Shown here piece by piece: positions 34,140 through 42,746 of a DNA stretch of 48,226 bases. The notes beneath the pieces are model-generated. The model had not been told where the DNA came from, did no database searches, and saw nothing but the letters and a program-made list of their open reading frames with translations. The translations under genes were made by a program, and so were the position numbers. How positions within the stretch are numbered: position 1 is the stretch's first letter; each line of letters begins with the position of its first letter. Source of the stretch: a virus (Duplodnaviria; Caudoviricetes); the IMG/VR virus record IMGVR_UViG_3300038393_000863, positions 1 through 48,226 of that record; one strand, written 5' to 3'.

Positions 34140-35805
34140 CGTTGCTCTCGTCTCTGAAGGGTGAGCCCTCGCCGTCCGGCATGGGGACCTCGACCAAGAG
34201 GCCGGTCTCCTTGTCGTAGGTGAGGGCGATGAGCGGCCCGACCGCATCCCCGGTGGGGCGATCCTTGAGGCCGCGAACGATGGTGGGGCTATCGGGGTCT
34301 TGCTTGTTGCGCTCCAGGCCCATCAGGAAGTGGGACCAGAAGGCGACGGCGCGGGAGCCCCGGAACTGCTTCTCCAGGACCCGGCCGCCTTCCTCGTGGG
34401 ATTTCCCCTCGGGTGTCGTGAGGTGAAACACGAGATGGATTGTGACGTCCAAGGCCTCGGCCAAGTCGGCGAGCTCCGACATGATGCCGTCGAGCGTGAG
34501 CCGCTCGTTCTCGTCGCCGGCCGTGAGGGCGGTCATCGGGTCGATGATGAAGTCGCGGACTCCATCGGCCACCGCGAGGTAGCGGATGGTCCCCTTCACC
34601 GTGTCCCAGTTGCGTGCCCCCTTGAGGGACACCGACTTGAGGAACGGACGGAGGGCGCGGATGATCTCCCGCAGCTCGCCCTTGTCGTACTCGGTTCCGG
34701 GTACGTGGACGCGCTTCCCCATCGCCATGCCGCCGAGCGTCTTGAGGGTCCGCTTGACGGGCTCCTCGTAGAGGATGCAGGCGACCGGCCGCGGGGGCGG
34801 CATCGGCATCAGCTCGGAGTGGTCTTCACCCAGCTCCGGCCGCATGGCCGTGAGCATGAGCTGCTTCATCAGTGTCGTCTTGCCCGAGCCGGTGCCCGCA
34901 CCCCAGGTGTAGAGGGCGCTCCGCTGGATGCCGTAGGAGGCCTTCGTCAGACTCAGCCAGGGCCAGGGGAGGCCCCAAGGCTGCTCCTCGGCGGCCTCCT
35001 CTATGAGAGCGTCATCGAGCTCGTTGAGGACCTCAGGCTTCCACGGATGTGCGGACCAGAGGGCGTCGACCAGCTCCTTCGAGCGGGCCGCCTTGACCAT
35101 CTCGTTCGCGTCCTTCAGCGGCAGCGAGGCCACGTAGACCTTGCCGGGGCTGAACAACATCGCGGCTTCCTCGACGGCCAGCCGACCGGCGTCATCCATG
35201 TCGAACAGCAGGATGATGCGCTCGTAGCGCTCCAACCACTGAACGTGCTTGGCGAGGTCTCGGCGGGCGGCCTTCGCTCCATTTGGAAGCGAGAGCGCTG
35301 GCCATTTGTTGCCTTGCGCCTGAGACACGGAGAGGGCGTCGAGCTCACCCTCCGTGATGACGATCATCTTGCCGCCGTCGCGGACAAGCTGCTGCCCGAA
35401 CAGCCCGGCCGCGTGCTGGTCGCCGAGCCAGGCGAACTCCTTCTCGCCGTCCTTCTTGTAGCGGACCTTCTGGGCCACCATCCGGCCAGCGTCGTCGTAG
35501 TAGGGGGCGAAGTGCGCCTTGGACCCGGCGAAGGTGCCGACGCGGTAGTTGAACCGCTCGGCCGTCTCGCGGGTCAGCCCGCGGTTAGGGATCGCTTCGA
35601 TCTCAGCGTCGAATACGAGGTCCATTCGGCTCCGGGTCTGGGGGGTGTACGTCCGGCTCCCGTCACCACGCTCGCGGTAGTCGCAGCCCGCCGAGAAACA
35701 ATAGGCGTGACCGTCAGAGTACCGGGCGAGGTTGTCGCGGGAGCCACACTTGGGGCACGGCTCGTGGCCTATGAGGACGCTGTCAGCTTCCTCGGCGTGG
35801 TTCAC
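34129..35805 (-). CDS. Primase-helicase (T7 gp4-like)
   Basis: CPKCGSRD...YCFSAGC zinc finger, ITEGELDALS, FDMDDAG, GAGTGSGKTT, FRGSRAV. Confidence 0.97.
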   Translation of the reverse strand: MNHAEEADSVLIGHEPCPKCGSRDNLARYSDGHAYCFSAGCDYRERGDGSRTYTPQTRSRMDLVFDAEIEAIPNRGLTRETAERFNYRVGTFAGSKAHFAPYYDDAGRMVAQKVRYKKDGEKEFAWLGDQHAAGLFGQQLVRDGGKMIVITEGELDALSVSQAQGNKWPALSLPNGAKAARRDLAKHVQWLERYERIILLFDMDDAGRLAVEEAAMLFSPGKVYVASLPLKDANEMVKAARSKELVDALWSAHPWKPEVLNELDDALIEEAAEEQPWGLPWPWLSLTKASYGIQRSALYTWGAGTGSGKTTLMKQLMLTAMRPELGEDHSELMPMPPPRPVACILYEEPVKRTLKTLGGMAMGKRVHVPGTEYDKGELREIIRALRPFLKSVSLKGARNWDTVKGTIRYLAVADGVRDFIIDPMTALTAGDENERLTLDGIMSELADLAEALDVTIHLVFHLTTPEGKSHEEGGRVLEKQFRGSRAVAFWSHFLMGLERNKQDPDSPTIVRGLKDRPTGDAVGPLIALTYDKETGLLVEVPMPDGEGSPFRDESNADL

Positions 35806-36071
35806 AGCGGAAAGGCGGGCTTCTTCAGCGCGTAGGCGGCGGAGACGCTGGTCTCGCCTCGGACGTAGTCGCGCTCAACGTCGAACCCGCCGAGCCGCCT
35901 CGCGGCACCCATGGATGCCATGGCGCTGTACTGGCGCAGGGCATCACGGCAGTTGCGCCCCTGCTGTTCCGCCAGTCGCCAAGCCGCCTCGGCCGTCTCC
36001 AGGTCTGCCTTCGGGACATACCCGAGCTTGGTGGCAGCCCAGTGGACGAACCGATCAAACGGCGTCGTCAT
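35802..36071 (-). CDS. Hypothetical protein (89 aa)
   Basis: ORF track; coupled to the primase start. Confidence 0.65.
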   Translation of the reverse strand: MTTPFDRFVHWAATKLGYVPKADLETAEAAWRLAEQQGRNCRDALRQYSAMASMGAARRLGGFDVERDYVRGETSVSAAYALKKPAFPL

Positions 36072-36202
36072 TCTGTGCCTGCTTGGCGACTTTCGAGGCC
36101 TCCATCACGTCGAGGATGGGGCGGTTGTGGAGACGCACTTGCGTCTGCCGTGAGACCACCGCCGGCCGAAGGCGCTGCATTCCCTTCTGGAACGACAGGA
36201 CG

Positions 36203-36415
36203 TCAGCGGCCACGGTTCCCGCCCTTCTTCACCCTGCGGGACACCGTCCAGGACGGGCGGGTCTTCACGCCGGCTTTCGGGGAGGTGTCACCCACGAGGT
36301 TCCGCAGACCGTTCAGGTCGCCGCCTCGGGCGGCGCGGTCAGCCACGGCAGCCTCGAAGGCCAGTCGCATCGGGGTCTTGGTCGTCAGGAGCTCGCGCCC
36401 GTTGGGGTCACGCAT
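36203..36415 (-). CDS. Small basic hypothetical protein (MRDPNGRELL...)
   Basis: AAAGGA SD before ATG 36415. Confidence 0.6.
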   Translation of the reverse strand: MRDPNGRELLTTKTPMRLAFEAAVADRAARGGDLNGLRNLVGDTSPKAGVKTRPSWTVSRRVKKGGNRGR

Positions 36416-36650
36416 GGATGTCCTTTCTGACGAGCCGGTACTCGGCAAAGAGATTACCGGGGACGTCGGTGCGGGGAATGGTGATGATCTCGTGGCCCTC
36501 AGGGATGAGGTCCTGGTGAGATGTGCGAAGGCGGTAGATCGCGTCGGCCAGCCGGAACGCACCGTAGGCGGCGCGAGCGGTGGCGTCGGTGATCCGACCG
36601 ATGGTCTTCAGGTGATCGATGACGATCACCGGCTTGGTCCGGTCAGACAT
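36408..36650 (-). CDS. Small winged helix-turn-helix DNA-binding protein
   Basis: VIDHLKTIGRIT...AYGAFRLADAIYRLR...AEYRL. Confidence 0.7.
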   Translation of the reverse strand: MSDRTKPVIVIDHLKTIGRITDATARAAYGAFRLADAIYRLRTSHQDLIPEGHEIITIPRTDVPGNLFAEYRLVRKDIHA

Positions 36651-36837
36651 GGGCGAACCCAATCCAGCTCGTGTCTCGGCACTGGCCCGCGCTGGCGTGG
36701 ACACAGAAGTTCCCCGGGTTGGAGATGCCGGGGCTTGTCCACTGAGGTTGGTGGCCGAGCTTGGAGGGCTGAGGACCGGAGGGAGACGCGCAGGCTCCCA
36801 GCAGGGCCACGGATGCGGCCAGGGCGAGGAGTCTCAC
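36643..36837 (-). CDS. Small lipoprotein
   Basis: Lipobox MRLLALAASVALLGA^C. Confidence 0.7.
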   Translation of the reverse strand: MRLLALAASVALLGACASPSGPQPSKLGHQPQWTSPGISNPGNFCVHASAGQCRDTSWIGFAHV

Positions 36838-37016
36838 GCCTTCTTCGGCAACATGGCGATCCGCAGCGGGTGAGCCCGCCGGAAGCGCCAGCCCTTCGTC
36901 GGGTGGAGGTAGTGGAGACGGCCGAACAGGGAGCCCATCTGCAACACGTTGCGGTAGGGCTGTCCCTTCGGCCCTAGCTGACGGCGCTCCTTAGCGCCCC
37001 AGAGGGTGGGCCTCAT
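36834..37016 (-). CDS. Small basic hypothetical protein (HPTKGWR motif)
   Basis: ORF track; coupled to both neighbours. Confidence 0.6.
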   Translation of the reverse strand: MRPTLWGAKERRQLGPKGQPYRNVLQMGSLFGRLHYLHPTKGWRFRRAHPLRIAMLPKKA

Positions 37017-37456
37017 TGGACCTCGAATTGGAGGGTGACGTAGATGCCGGGCGGTTCACCCGGCGTGGCCCAGCGCTTCCGCACCCGGCCCAGCTCGGCC
37101 ACCTGACTGTCGTCTTTCCAGAGCACCTCGGATTGCGTGATCGCGTCCATGAGGGACTTCAGGAAGTTGTCGATGTCGGGCTTCGGCCGGCGGAGCTTGG
37201 TGGTCTTCGGCGGGGTGGCGACGAACTCGGCCGAGAGAGTGACCTCGGCTTCGCGGTCGATCCCAGTGAACTGCGGCGCTAGGCCGGCGATGTAGTCCTT
37301 CGCGTCGTCCTTCCAGTCGCGGTAGGCGGCCGGGGTGTAGACCGTCGCGAACCTCCCGCGGCAAGTGCAGTTGGTGCGCTGGCCGGGGAAGGGATCACGG
37401 GGAATGAAGAACTGGACGCGGCCGACCTGACTAGAGGTCGTCGTCTTCGCCGCCAC
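37013..37456 (-). CDS. rusA: RusA-family Holliday junction resolvase
   Basis: KPDIDNFLKSLMDAI...WKDDSQV...KRW signature. Confidence 0.9.
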   Translation of the reverse strand: MAAKTTTSSQVGRVQFFIPRDPFPGQRTNCTCRGRFATVYTPAAYRDWKDDAKDYIAGLAPQFTGIDREAEVTLSAEFVATPPKTTKLRRPKPDIDNFLKSLMDAITQSEVLWKDDSQVAELGRVRKRWATPGEPPGIYVTLQFEVQ

Positions 37457-38096
37457 CAGCGGTCTCGTTCTGGAAGGCCGGGGGAGCGCCGTCCTCGATC
37501 TCGTCGCCTTCCTCTTGCTGGAAGCCGTAGGAGCCGAAGTCGCGGGAACCGCCGCCGGTCACAAGCTTGATAATCTGGGCCGCCTTCAGGTCGACCGACG
37601 CGATCACCGTCTTGTCCGTCTTGGTGAAGCCCTCGACGGAGACCGACAGTTTCACCTCCGAGCCGCCCCAGACTTTCGGGGGGTTCTGGAGCTGCTTGCC
37701 GGTGGCGTCGAAAATGTCGGGCTTCTGGGACCAGTGCTGGCCGAAGCGCGGCGAGTTCGGGTTCTTCACGATCCCGCCCGCGTTCATCGAGGTCGGCAGG
37801 AGGTAGAAGCCGGTCTCGGCTCCCGTCTCGTTGTCGCGCTCGACCTTCAGGACGTCGCCCTTCTTCAGCTCCGCGGCGACGGCCGCCTTCTTCTCGTCCT
37901 TGAGGCGCTTCACCTCGGCGTCGAAGTGCTCGTCCCGGATTTGCTCCAGCCGGGCCTTGAAGGATTGAACCGCAGGGTCATCGGCCGGCAGCCGGAGCTT
38001 GCACTCGTACTTGCCGTACTTGCTGGGTTCATTGAGGGACGGCCAGACGGCCACACCTTTCGGGGTCGTGATGATGACCCCGTTACGCTTTGCCAT
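37431..38096 (-). CDS. Single-stranded DNA-binding protein (gp2.5-like)
   Basis: TTPKGVAVWPSLNEP, IFDATGK, VWGGSEVK, LKAAQIIKLV, acidic tail. Confidence 0.92.
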   Translation of the reverse strand: MAKRNGVIITTPKGVAVWPSLNEPSKYGKYECKLRLPADDPAVQSFKARLEQIRDEHFDAEVKRLKDEKKAAVAAELKKGDVLKVERDNETGAETGFYLLPTSMNAGGIVKNPNSPRFGQHWSQKPDIFDATGKQLQNPPKVWGGSEVKLSVSVEGFTKTDKTVIASVDLKAAQIIKLVTGGGSRDFGSYGFQQEEGDEIEDGAPPAFQNETAGGGEDDDL

Positions 38097-38108
38097 GTGT
38101 TCCTTGGG

Positions 38109-38303
38109 TTAGCTGACCAGACCTTCGTTCAGCCGGGCGAGGTCCAGAGGCAACGCCTCCAGCACGTAGCCGGCGTCATCGAGGTCAGCCAGGATGTCGA
38201 TGGGGACGGGCTCCTCGCGGAGCGCATAGGGCGCTGCCTTCCGCAGCAGCCGCATGATGGCCGGCACGGTCTCAACCGGCCGGTTCGATCCGTAGCCCGT
38301 CAT
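38109..38303 (-). CDS. Hypothetical protein (64 aa)
   Basis: ORF track, tightly packed. Confidence 0.6.
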   Translation of the reverse strand: MTGYGSNRPVETVPAIMRLLRKAAPYALREEPVPIDILADLDDAGYVLEALPLDLARLNEGLVS

Positions 38304-38701
38304 CAGTCCGCGATGACGTCCTTGAAGGCCGACACGAGATGCCCGGAGATGAACCGGTGGACATCTGCAACGCCCCGCGGCACGTCAGAAGCCAGCTCGC
38401 GGATTTCATCCGCAATGGCGATACCAAGCCGAGCCACGACGCTGAGCGTGATAGCGCCAGTGAAGAATACCGGGGCCACCGTCACGGCGAGCACGCCCTT
38501 GTACGTCAGCTTGCCGAGACCCTTGATCCGGCGGGCCGACTGGAAGTCGTTATCGAAGACGACCTTCGAGGCCACGGAGGTCTCAAAGACCGGGCGATCC
38601 GGGGAGAGCACGTCAGCCGGGACCCGGCCGTCCGTGTAGTGGGTGTTGGTGAACGCGACGCCGACTTGCTGGCGGCGGATCACCGGCACAGTGATTTTCA
38701 T
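38303..38701 (-). CDS. Hypothetical protein (132 aa)
   Basis: ORF track; GAGG SD. Confidence 0.7.
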   Translation of the reverse strand: MKITVPVIRRQQVGVAFTNTHYTDGRVPADVLSPDRPVFETSVASKVVFDNDFQSARRIKGLGKLTYKGVLAVTVAPVFFTGAITLSVVARLGIAIADEIRELASDVPRGVADVHRFISGHLVSAFKDVIAD

Positions 38702-38708
38702 GGAGCCT

Positions 38709-38984
38709 CTAGGCTTGGCCCAGCTCGCTCCGGGCGTAGTCCCGGATGGCTTGGACCTGTTCTGTGAAGGGGCCTTCGGCCTGGCGCATCATCCGGCGGG
38801 CTCGGGTGACCTCCTCGTGGGGGTCTAGCCCGGCCGCTTCGGTGGCCGCGACGAAGGCGAGGGAGAGAGCCCGCAGTTGATCCGCCGGGTCGACCCGCTG
38901 GAGGCGGTCGATGAGGAGGAACGCGGGCTCCCGCAGACGGGCGACCGTGGAGGAGGTCCTCACACGGTCTGCGACGGGGGACAC
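38709..38984 (-). CDS. Hypothetical helical protein (91 aa)
   Basis: ORF track, tightly packed. Confidence 0.7.
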   Translation of the reverse strand: MSPVADRVRTSSTVARLREPAFLLIDRLQRVDPADQLRALSLAFVAATEAAGLDPHEEVTRARRMMRQAEGPFTEQVQAIRDYARSELGQA

Positions 38985-39224
38985 TTAGTCCTGCGGAGAG
39001 AAGCGCAGATAGCTTCCGTCGAGATCAAATCCCGCCGCGTCGAAGTCTTTGACCTCTGAGGAGTTGAGGTAGAACGGCCGGATGACGCCGTCGCTCGCGC
39101 TGATGAACAGCACGGTCGACTTACTAGTGCCGACCTGGACGTCGACACGGAAGTCACCGTCATCGTCAAGGTAGGCCGTGAAGATGGGCGACGTCGCAGG
39201 CTTTTCGCCAAAGATGAATTTCAA
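38985..39224 (-). CDS. Hypothetical protein (likely TTG start, MKFIFGEKP...)
   Basis: GAGAG upstream of TTG 39224. Confidence 0.6.
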   Translation of the reverse strand: MKFIFGEKPATSPIFTAYLDDDGDFRVDVQVGTSKSTVLFISASDGVIRPFYLNSSEVKDFDAAGFDLDGSYLRFSPQD

Positions 39225-39254
39225 AGCTGGTCTCTCAATCTGCTGGAGCGCTGT

Positions 39255-39291
39255 GGCCCCAAGGGTCCAAACTAATGCTGGTCTAACCCAG
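39255..39291 (-). promoter_or_regulatory. Candidate phage promoter (ATTAGTTTGGACCCTTGGGGCC) directly preceded by a CTG-N8-CAG box (39278-39291)
   Basis: Immediately after the RNAP stop, the position of T7 phi1.1 promoters. Confidence 0.6.
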
Positions 39292-39294
39292 CGA

Positions 39295-41769
39295 TTAGGC
39301 AAAAAGGTACTCGGCTTCCAGGACCTGGCTCAGGTCGAGGTCGCCAAGCGGTGGGATCGGCGGAAGCGTCTTGGCGAGCGCCTCGGGGAGCTGCGCCACG
39401 AGCTCATCCCGGAACTCCTCCAGGACATTGGGCTGGTACTGCCGCACGAAACTCGCCCGGAGCACCTGAGCCAACAAGCCAGCATCCGCGGCGTGAACCC
39501 CGAAGCTATCGTGGATCACCGCGAAGTGCTCCAGGCCGTACCCGTGGAGGTCGTTTATGACCGCCATCAGGTGGGCCGCGTCGAGCGAATGGACGAAGTT
39601 GGGCGCGATGCCGTTGGCCTGAGCCCGGCGGTTGATGCGCTCATCGTCCACCGCCAGCGTGAGCTGCATCGGCTGGCCGTTGTAGTGGATGCCGACGATC
39701 TTCCCGCGGACGGTCCGGTAGGCTTGGAGGACGGGAAACCCGGAGGGGGCCGTCCACCAGATGGGCTTGTCCGACAGGCTGGCGATGCGGGCCGCTGTGC
39801 GGAGCCACTCCATGGCTGAGGATGCCGCAGACACGGTCTCGGAGATCACCTCCCACAGTACGTGGGAGAGCCAGCTCGCGGCGTGGTAGTTGTCCGCCCC
39901 TTCGAGGTGGGGTGGCAGACCGGCCTCCTGGTTCTCCTTGTCGAGCTCGCGGAGGGACAGGAGGATCATGTCCTGCATCCCGAACCGGGTCGCGGAGTAA
40001 CAGTAGGTCATGCATGGCCGCTTGGTGATCTTGCGGATCACCTTGCCGCCGGCCCACGGGTTCGGCACCTCGCGGAGCCGGTCCCCGCTCATAATGAACG
40101 GGGTGGCGGCCGCGATGGCTTGCGCCTTCTCGGCGACCCGCGAGTAGATGTCCTCGGGCTGGTCGATGGGAAGCAGGTTGACCGCGCGAGCTCCGGTGGG
40201 GTCTCGGAGCATGGCGCTGAAGTGCTGGAGCCCGGAGTTCGACCCATCGAGCGCGATGGGGATGTGGGAGACCCAGTCCTCACCTTCGTCGGCGTAGCCG
40301 GCCCACTCCATGCACGCCGCCAGGGCGCAGTATGGGCTGTCGGCGGTCGTCCAGAAGCGGCCCCCGCCTAGCGGGTCTCGCCCGCTGTCGAGGATGGCGT
40401 CCTGGTTTGCGATGACCCAGTCGAGCCGGTCTTCGAACGACACCTTGTCGACCCCGAACAGATTGGCGAGGTGGACTGCCAGCCATCCCCCGCCACCCGG
40501 TCCAAGAGCCTTTCCATCAGCGAACTCGATGAGGGCCTTGGCGGCGTCATCGCCTTGCGGATGCGGGCCGCCGCTCGGGATAGGATAGACCCGGCCCCGG
40601 AAGTCGAGCTCGTGGGGAAAATAGATGCGTTCTTCATCGGCGAACTTCTGAGCGATCCATAGGCGTTGCTGGAGGGCGAGCCGGGAGGACATCGAACGGG
40701 CGTTCCGCTGGTGCGTCTGGGCGGCTTCGGCCTTCCAGCGCTTCTTGGCGTCTTCGTCAGTATCGAAGTCGACGGGTTTCGCCGGGACTAGCTCGTCCTC
40801 CCGGCGAGGGAGACCCCCAAGGCTGCCCCCGCCGTCCCACACCTCGCGCATCACGTCGAGCACCCGGCGGTTGATCCGCCAGGGCGTCTCTTGGATCGCG
40901 TTGATGGCCGCGTAGACCTCCGGCATGGGGTTCGACCGGAGCTCCTCGTGATAGGCGGAGTTCCATTGCTTCACCATCCGCAAGCCGGGGCGCTTGGTCA
41001 GGTAGCCCCCCGTGAAGGGGGACCGCCAGCGCTTGGGTCTGACGACCATCGGCAGATGGATCGGCTCTAGGATTTCGCAGCGGGCGTGCTGGCGCTCCAG
41101 CCAGGTCTGGACGGCCTCCGCCGGCCTGATCTTGTAGGAGCTACCCTTGCGGCCCGGCTCCAGCTCCATCGTGAACAGGCCGGTCGTCTCCACCAGGAGC
41201 TCGATGGCCTTCATGCCCCCGTGGAGCTGCTGAACCTTGCTGAACTCGATGCGGACATCCTCCTTGCGCATGATGTCCTTGCGGGCCTCACGCATCTTGG
41301 AAGACTGCTTGCCGCTCTTGGCCTTGCCGACCAGACCATCATAGCCCGGCCGGTTCGTGCCCTTGAGGGCAGCCATTTCAGCATGGTCGATGATCGCAGC
41401 GGCGATCTCGAAGGCGACTCGCTGAACAGAGGGCTCCGTAGCCGCCGCATTCACAACGATGCGCGCGGTCAGGTAGGCGATCTGCTCAGGGGTCGCGAGG
41501 CTCAGGAGCTTCAAGGCATCAGGGCGGCGGCCGGCTCCGCCGCTGGAGACCCGCTCCACGAACTCGCGGATGGCCTCGGCGGTGGGCTCGATGGCTTGCT
41601 TCATGAGCTGCCGGCCGGGCGGGAGGTCTGCCTCCTCATCGACCCCGGCGGTATCAGTGCGCCAGGGGAGGGGGCGGCGAGCTCGGTAGCGATCAGCGCC
41701 TAGGGCGCGGGACTCGTTCTCAAGGTCGAGCTGTTGGCGGACCTTGTCGCGGAACGTGGTGTCACTCAC
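39295..41769 (-). CDS. Single-subunit phage RNA polymerase (T7 gp1-like)
   Basis: LDFRGRVYP, LDGSNSGLQH, RKITKRPCMTYCYS, APNFVHSLDAAHL, IHDSFG. Confidence 0.98.
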   Translation of the reverse strand: MSDTTFRDKVRQQLDLENESRALGADRYRARRPLPWRTDTAGVDEEADLPPGRQLMKQAIEPTAEAIREFVERVSSGGAGRRPDALKLLSLATPEQIAYLTARIVVNAAATEPSVQRVAFEIAAAIIDHAEMAALKGTNRPGYDGLVGKAKSGKQSSKMREARKDIMRKEDVRIEFSKVQQLHGGMKAIELLVETTGLFTMELEPGRKGSSYKIRPAEAVQTWLERQHARCEILEPIHLPMVVRPKRWRSPFTGGYLTKRPGLRMVKQWNSAYHEELRSNPMPEVYAAINAIQETPWRINRRVLDVMREVWDGGGSLGGLPRREDELVPAKPVDFDTDEDAKKRWKAEAAQTHQRNARSMSSRLALQQRLWIAQKFADEERIYFPHELDFRGRVYPIPSGGPHPQGDDAAKALIEFADGKALGPGGGGWLAVHLANLFGVDKVSFEDRLDWVIANQDAILDSGRDPLGGGRFWTTADSPYCALAACMEWAGYADEGEDWVSHIPIALDGSNSGLQHFSAMLRDPTGARAVNLLPIDQPEDIYSRVAEKAQAIAAATPFIMSGDRLREVPNPWAGGKVIRKITKRPCMTYCYSATRFGMQDMILLSLRELDKENQEAGLPPHLEGADNYHAASWLSHVLWEVISETVSAASSAMEWLRTAARIASLSDKPIWWTAPSGFPVLQAYRTVRGKIVGIHYNGQPMQLTLAVDDERINRRAQANGIAPNFVHSLDAAHLMAVINDLHGYGLEHFAVIHDSFGVHAADAGLLAQVLRASFVRQYQPNVLEEFRDELVAQLPEALAKTLPPIPPLGDLDLSQVLEAEYLFA

Positions 41770-42128
41770 TCGACGTCGAACATCGTGTGGCGAATATCCC
41801 GGACGATCTCCGCCGCCTCCTCGGTCTCATGGCTAAGGATCGCCATAGTCAAGCGGGCGAGAGGTTCACGGAACTCGCCGAAGACTTGTTCCACGACTGC
41901 GCGGCGCATGGACCGCTGAACCTCCTCAACGAGTGAGGGGACGTTGGCTTGGAGGCTGTCGAGCCATGCGCGTCCGCCGATCCGGGCTTCGATCCGGTAC
42001 TCCTGGCGGTAGTCCAGGTCGAGCTTGTCGACCTTGGTCACCGACGCGCTGACAAGGGAGAGAGGCTTGTAGTCGGGCCGCCTCTCGCGGCCAGGCTCCA
42101 TGCGGAGCTGCTGTGCAAGCTTGCTCAA
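41766..42128 (-). CDS. Hypothetical protein upstream of RNAP
   Basis: GGAG SD before TTG 42128; stop overlaps the RNAP start. Confidence 0.7.
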   Translation of the reverse strand: MSKLAQQLRMEPGRERRPDYKPLSLVSASVTKVDKLDLDYRQEYRIEARIGGRAWLDSLQANVPSLVEEVQRSMRRAVVEQVFGEFREPLARLTMAILSHETEEAAEIVRDIRHTMFDVE

Positions 42129-42142
42129 TGGTTCTCCAGGGC

Positions 42143-42174
42143 AAAAGAAAACCCCCGGCGGTGAAACCGGGGGT
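42143..42174 (-). terminator. Intrinsic terminator upstream of the RNAP operon
   Basis: ACCCCCGG-TTTCACCG-CCGGGGGT-TTTCTTTT. Confidence 0.8.
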
Positions 42175-42226
42175 GACAAGTCAGGGGAACCGTGGGGGTT
42201 ACCCTAAGGGTGTGGCCTCATTCTTC

Positions 42227-42252
42227 GGCCCCAAGGGTCCAAAAGAAATCAG
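42227..42252 (-). promoter_or_regulatory. Candidate phage-RNAP promoter (CTGATTTCTTTTGGACCCTTGGGGCC)
   Basis: Shared motif with 28110 and 39255. Confidence 0.6.
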
Positions 42253-42380
42253 CGGGTAAGGGCGGAAGAAATCACCGTCGACGGCTCCAATCCGAGCACC
42301 GCCGGGTAGGCGGTCACGATGAACAGGGCGATGGCGATCCCCGCCACGAAAGCGGCGAGTAGGTCCCAGCGTGCGGTCAT
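42249..42380 (-). CDS. Small single-TM protein (MTARWDLLAAFVAGIAIALFIV...)
   Basis: GGAGG SD; hydrophobic stretch. Confidence 0.55.
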   Translation of the reverse strand: MTARWDLLAAFVAGIAIALFIVTAYPAVLGLEPSTVISSALTR

Positions 42381-42423
42381 GGCCTTGCCTCCGAGCTGGG
42401 CTAAGAGGTAGGGCATAGGAGTC

Positions 42424-42458
42424 GGTGTGCCAATAGGTGTGCCAAACGGGTGTGACAT
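42424..42458. repeat. Three direct repeats GGTGTG(C/A)CA(A/T), candidate integrase arm-type sites
   Basis: At 42424, 42436 and 42449; related TGTGCC..GGCAC at ~42567-42583 on the other side of the core. Confidence 0.6.
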
Positions 42459-42510
42459 TGGCCACACCCGGCTCGTATTGACCTAAAGGCTTGGAGTATC
42501 TAGGGGACGC

Positions 42511-42527
42511 TCCCTCCACTCCTGCCA
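42511..42527 (+). other. Putative attP core matching a tRNA 3' end (TCCCTCCACTCCTGCCA; tRNA-Trp-like)
   Basis: Reads as T-stem 3' strand + acceptor strand + G discriminator + CCA; CACTCCT complements the AGGAGTG 5' end I recall for alphaproteobacterial tRNA-Trp; about 220 bp downstream of the integrase. Confidence 0.7.
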
Positions 42528-42589
42528 CCCCTTTTCTGCAAAATCAGAGACTAAGGTTCCGGCGATTGTGCCGGAGCTGGCACGAATAA

Positions 42590-42603
42590 CTGGGCTTATG
42601 CAG
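42590..42603. promoter_or_regulatory. CTG-N8-CAG box (CTGGGCTTATGCAG) in the attP region
   Basis: Matches the repeated motif. Confidence 0.55.
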
Positions 42604-42746
42604 GAATTTCGAGTCCCGCAATCTACTCTACTTGGAGCCTAGTATGTTCTGGGCGGAGCGCTGCGCGTGCCGCAGCCACGCCTGACGCTGCCGAACCATC
42701 CTCATCCAACGCCAGCGCCGATAGAGGCTTTTGATCCAGAGCATCC

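Noticed and set aside
42480-42530. Complete tRNA gene
   Set aside because: Only the last 17 nt resemble a tRNA; no D-arm, anticodon arm or TTCG loop, so treated as an attP core
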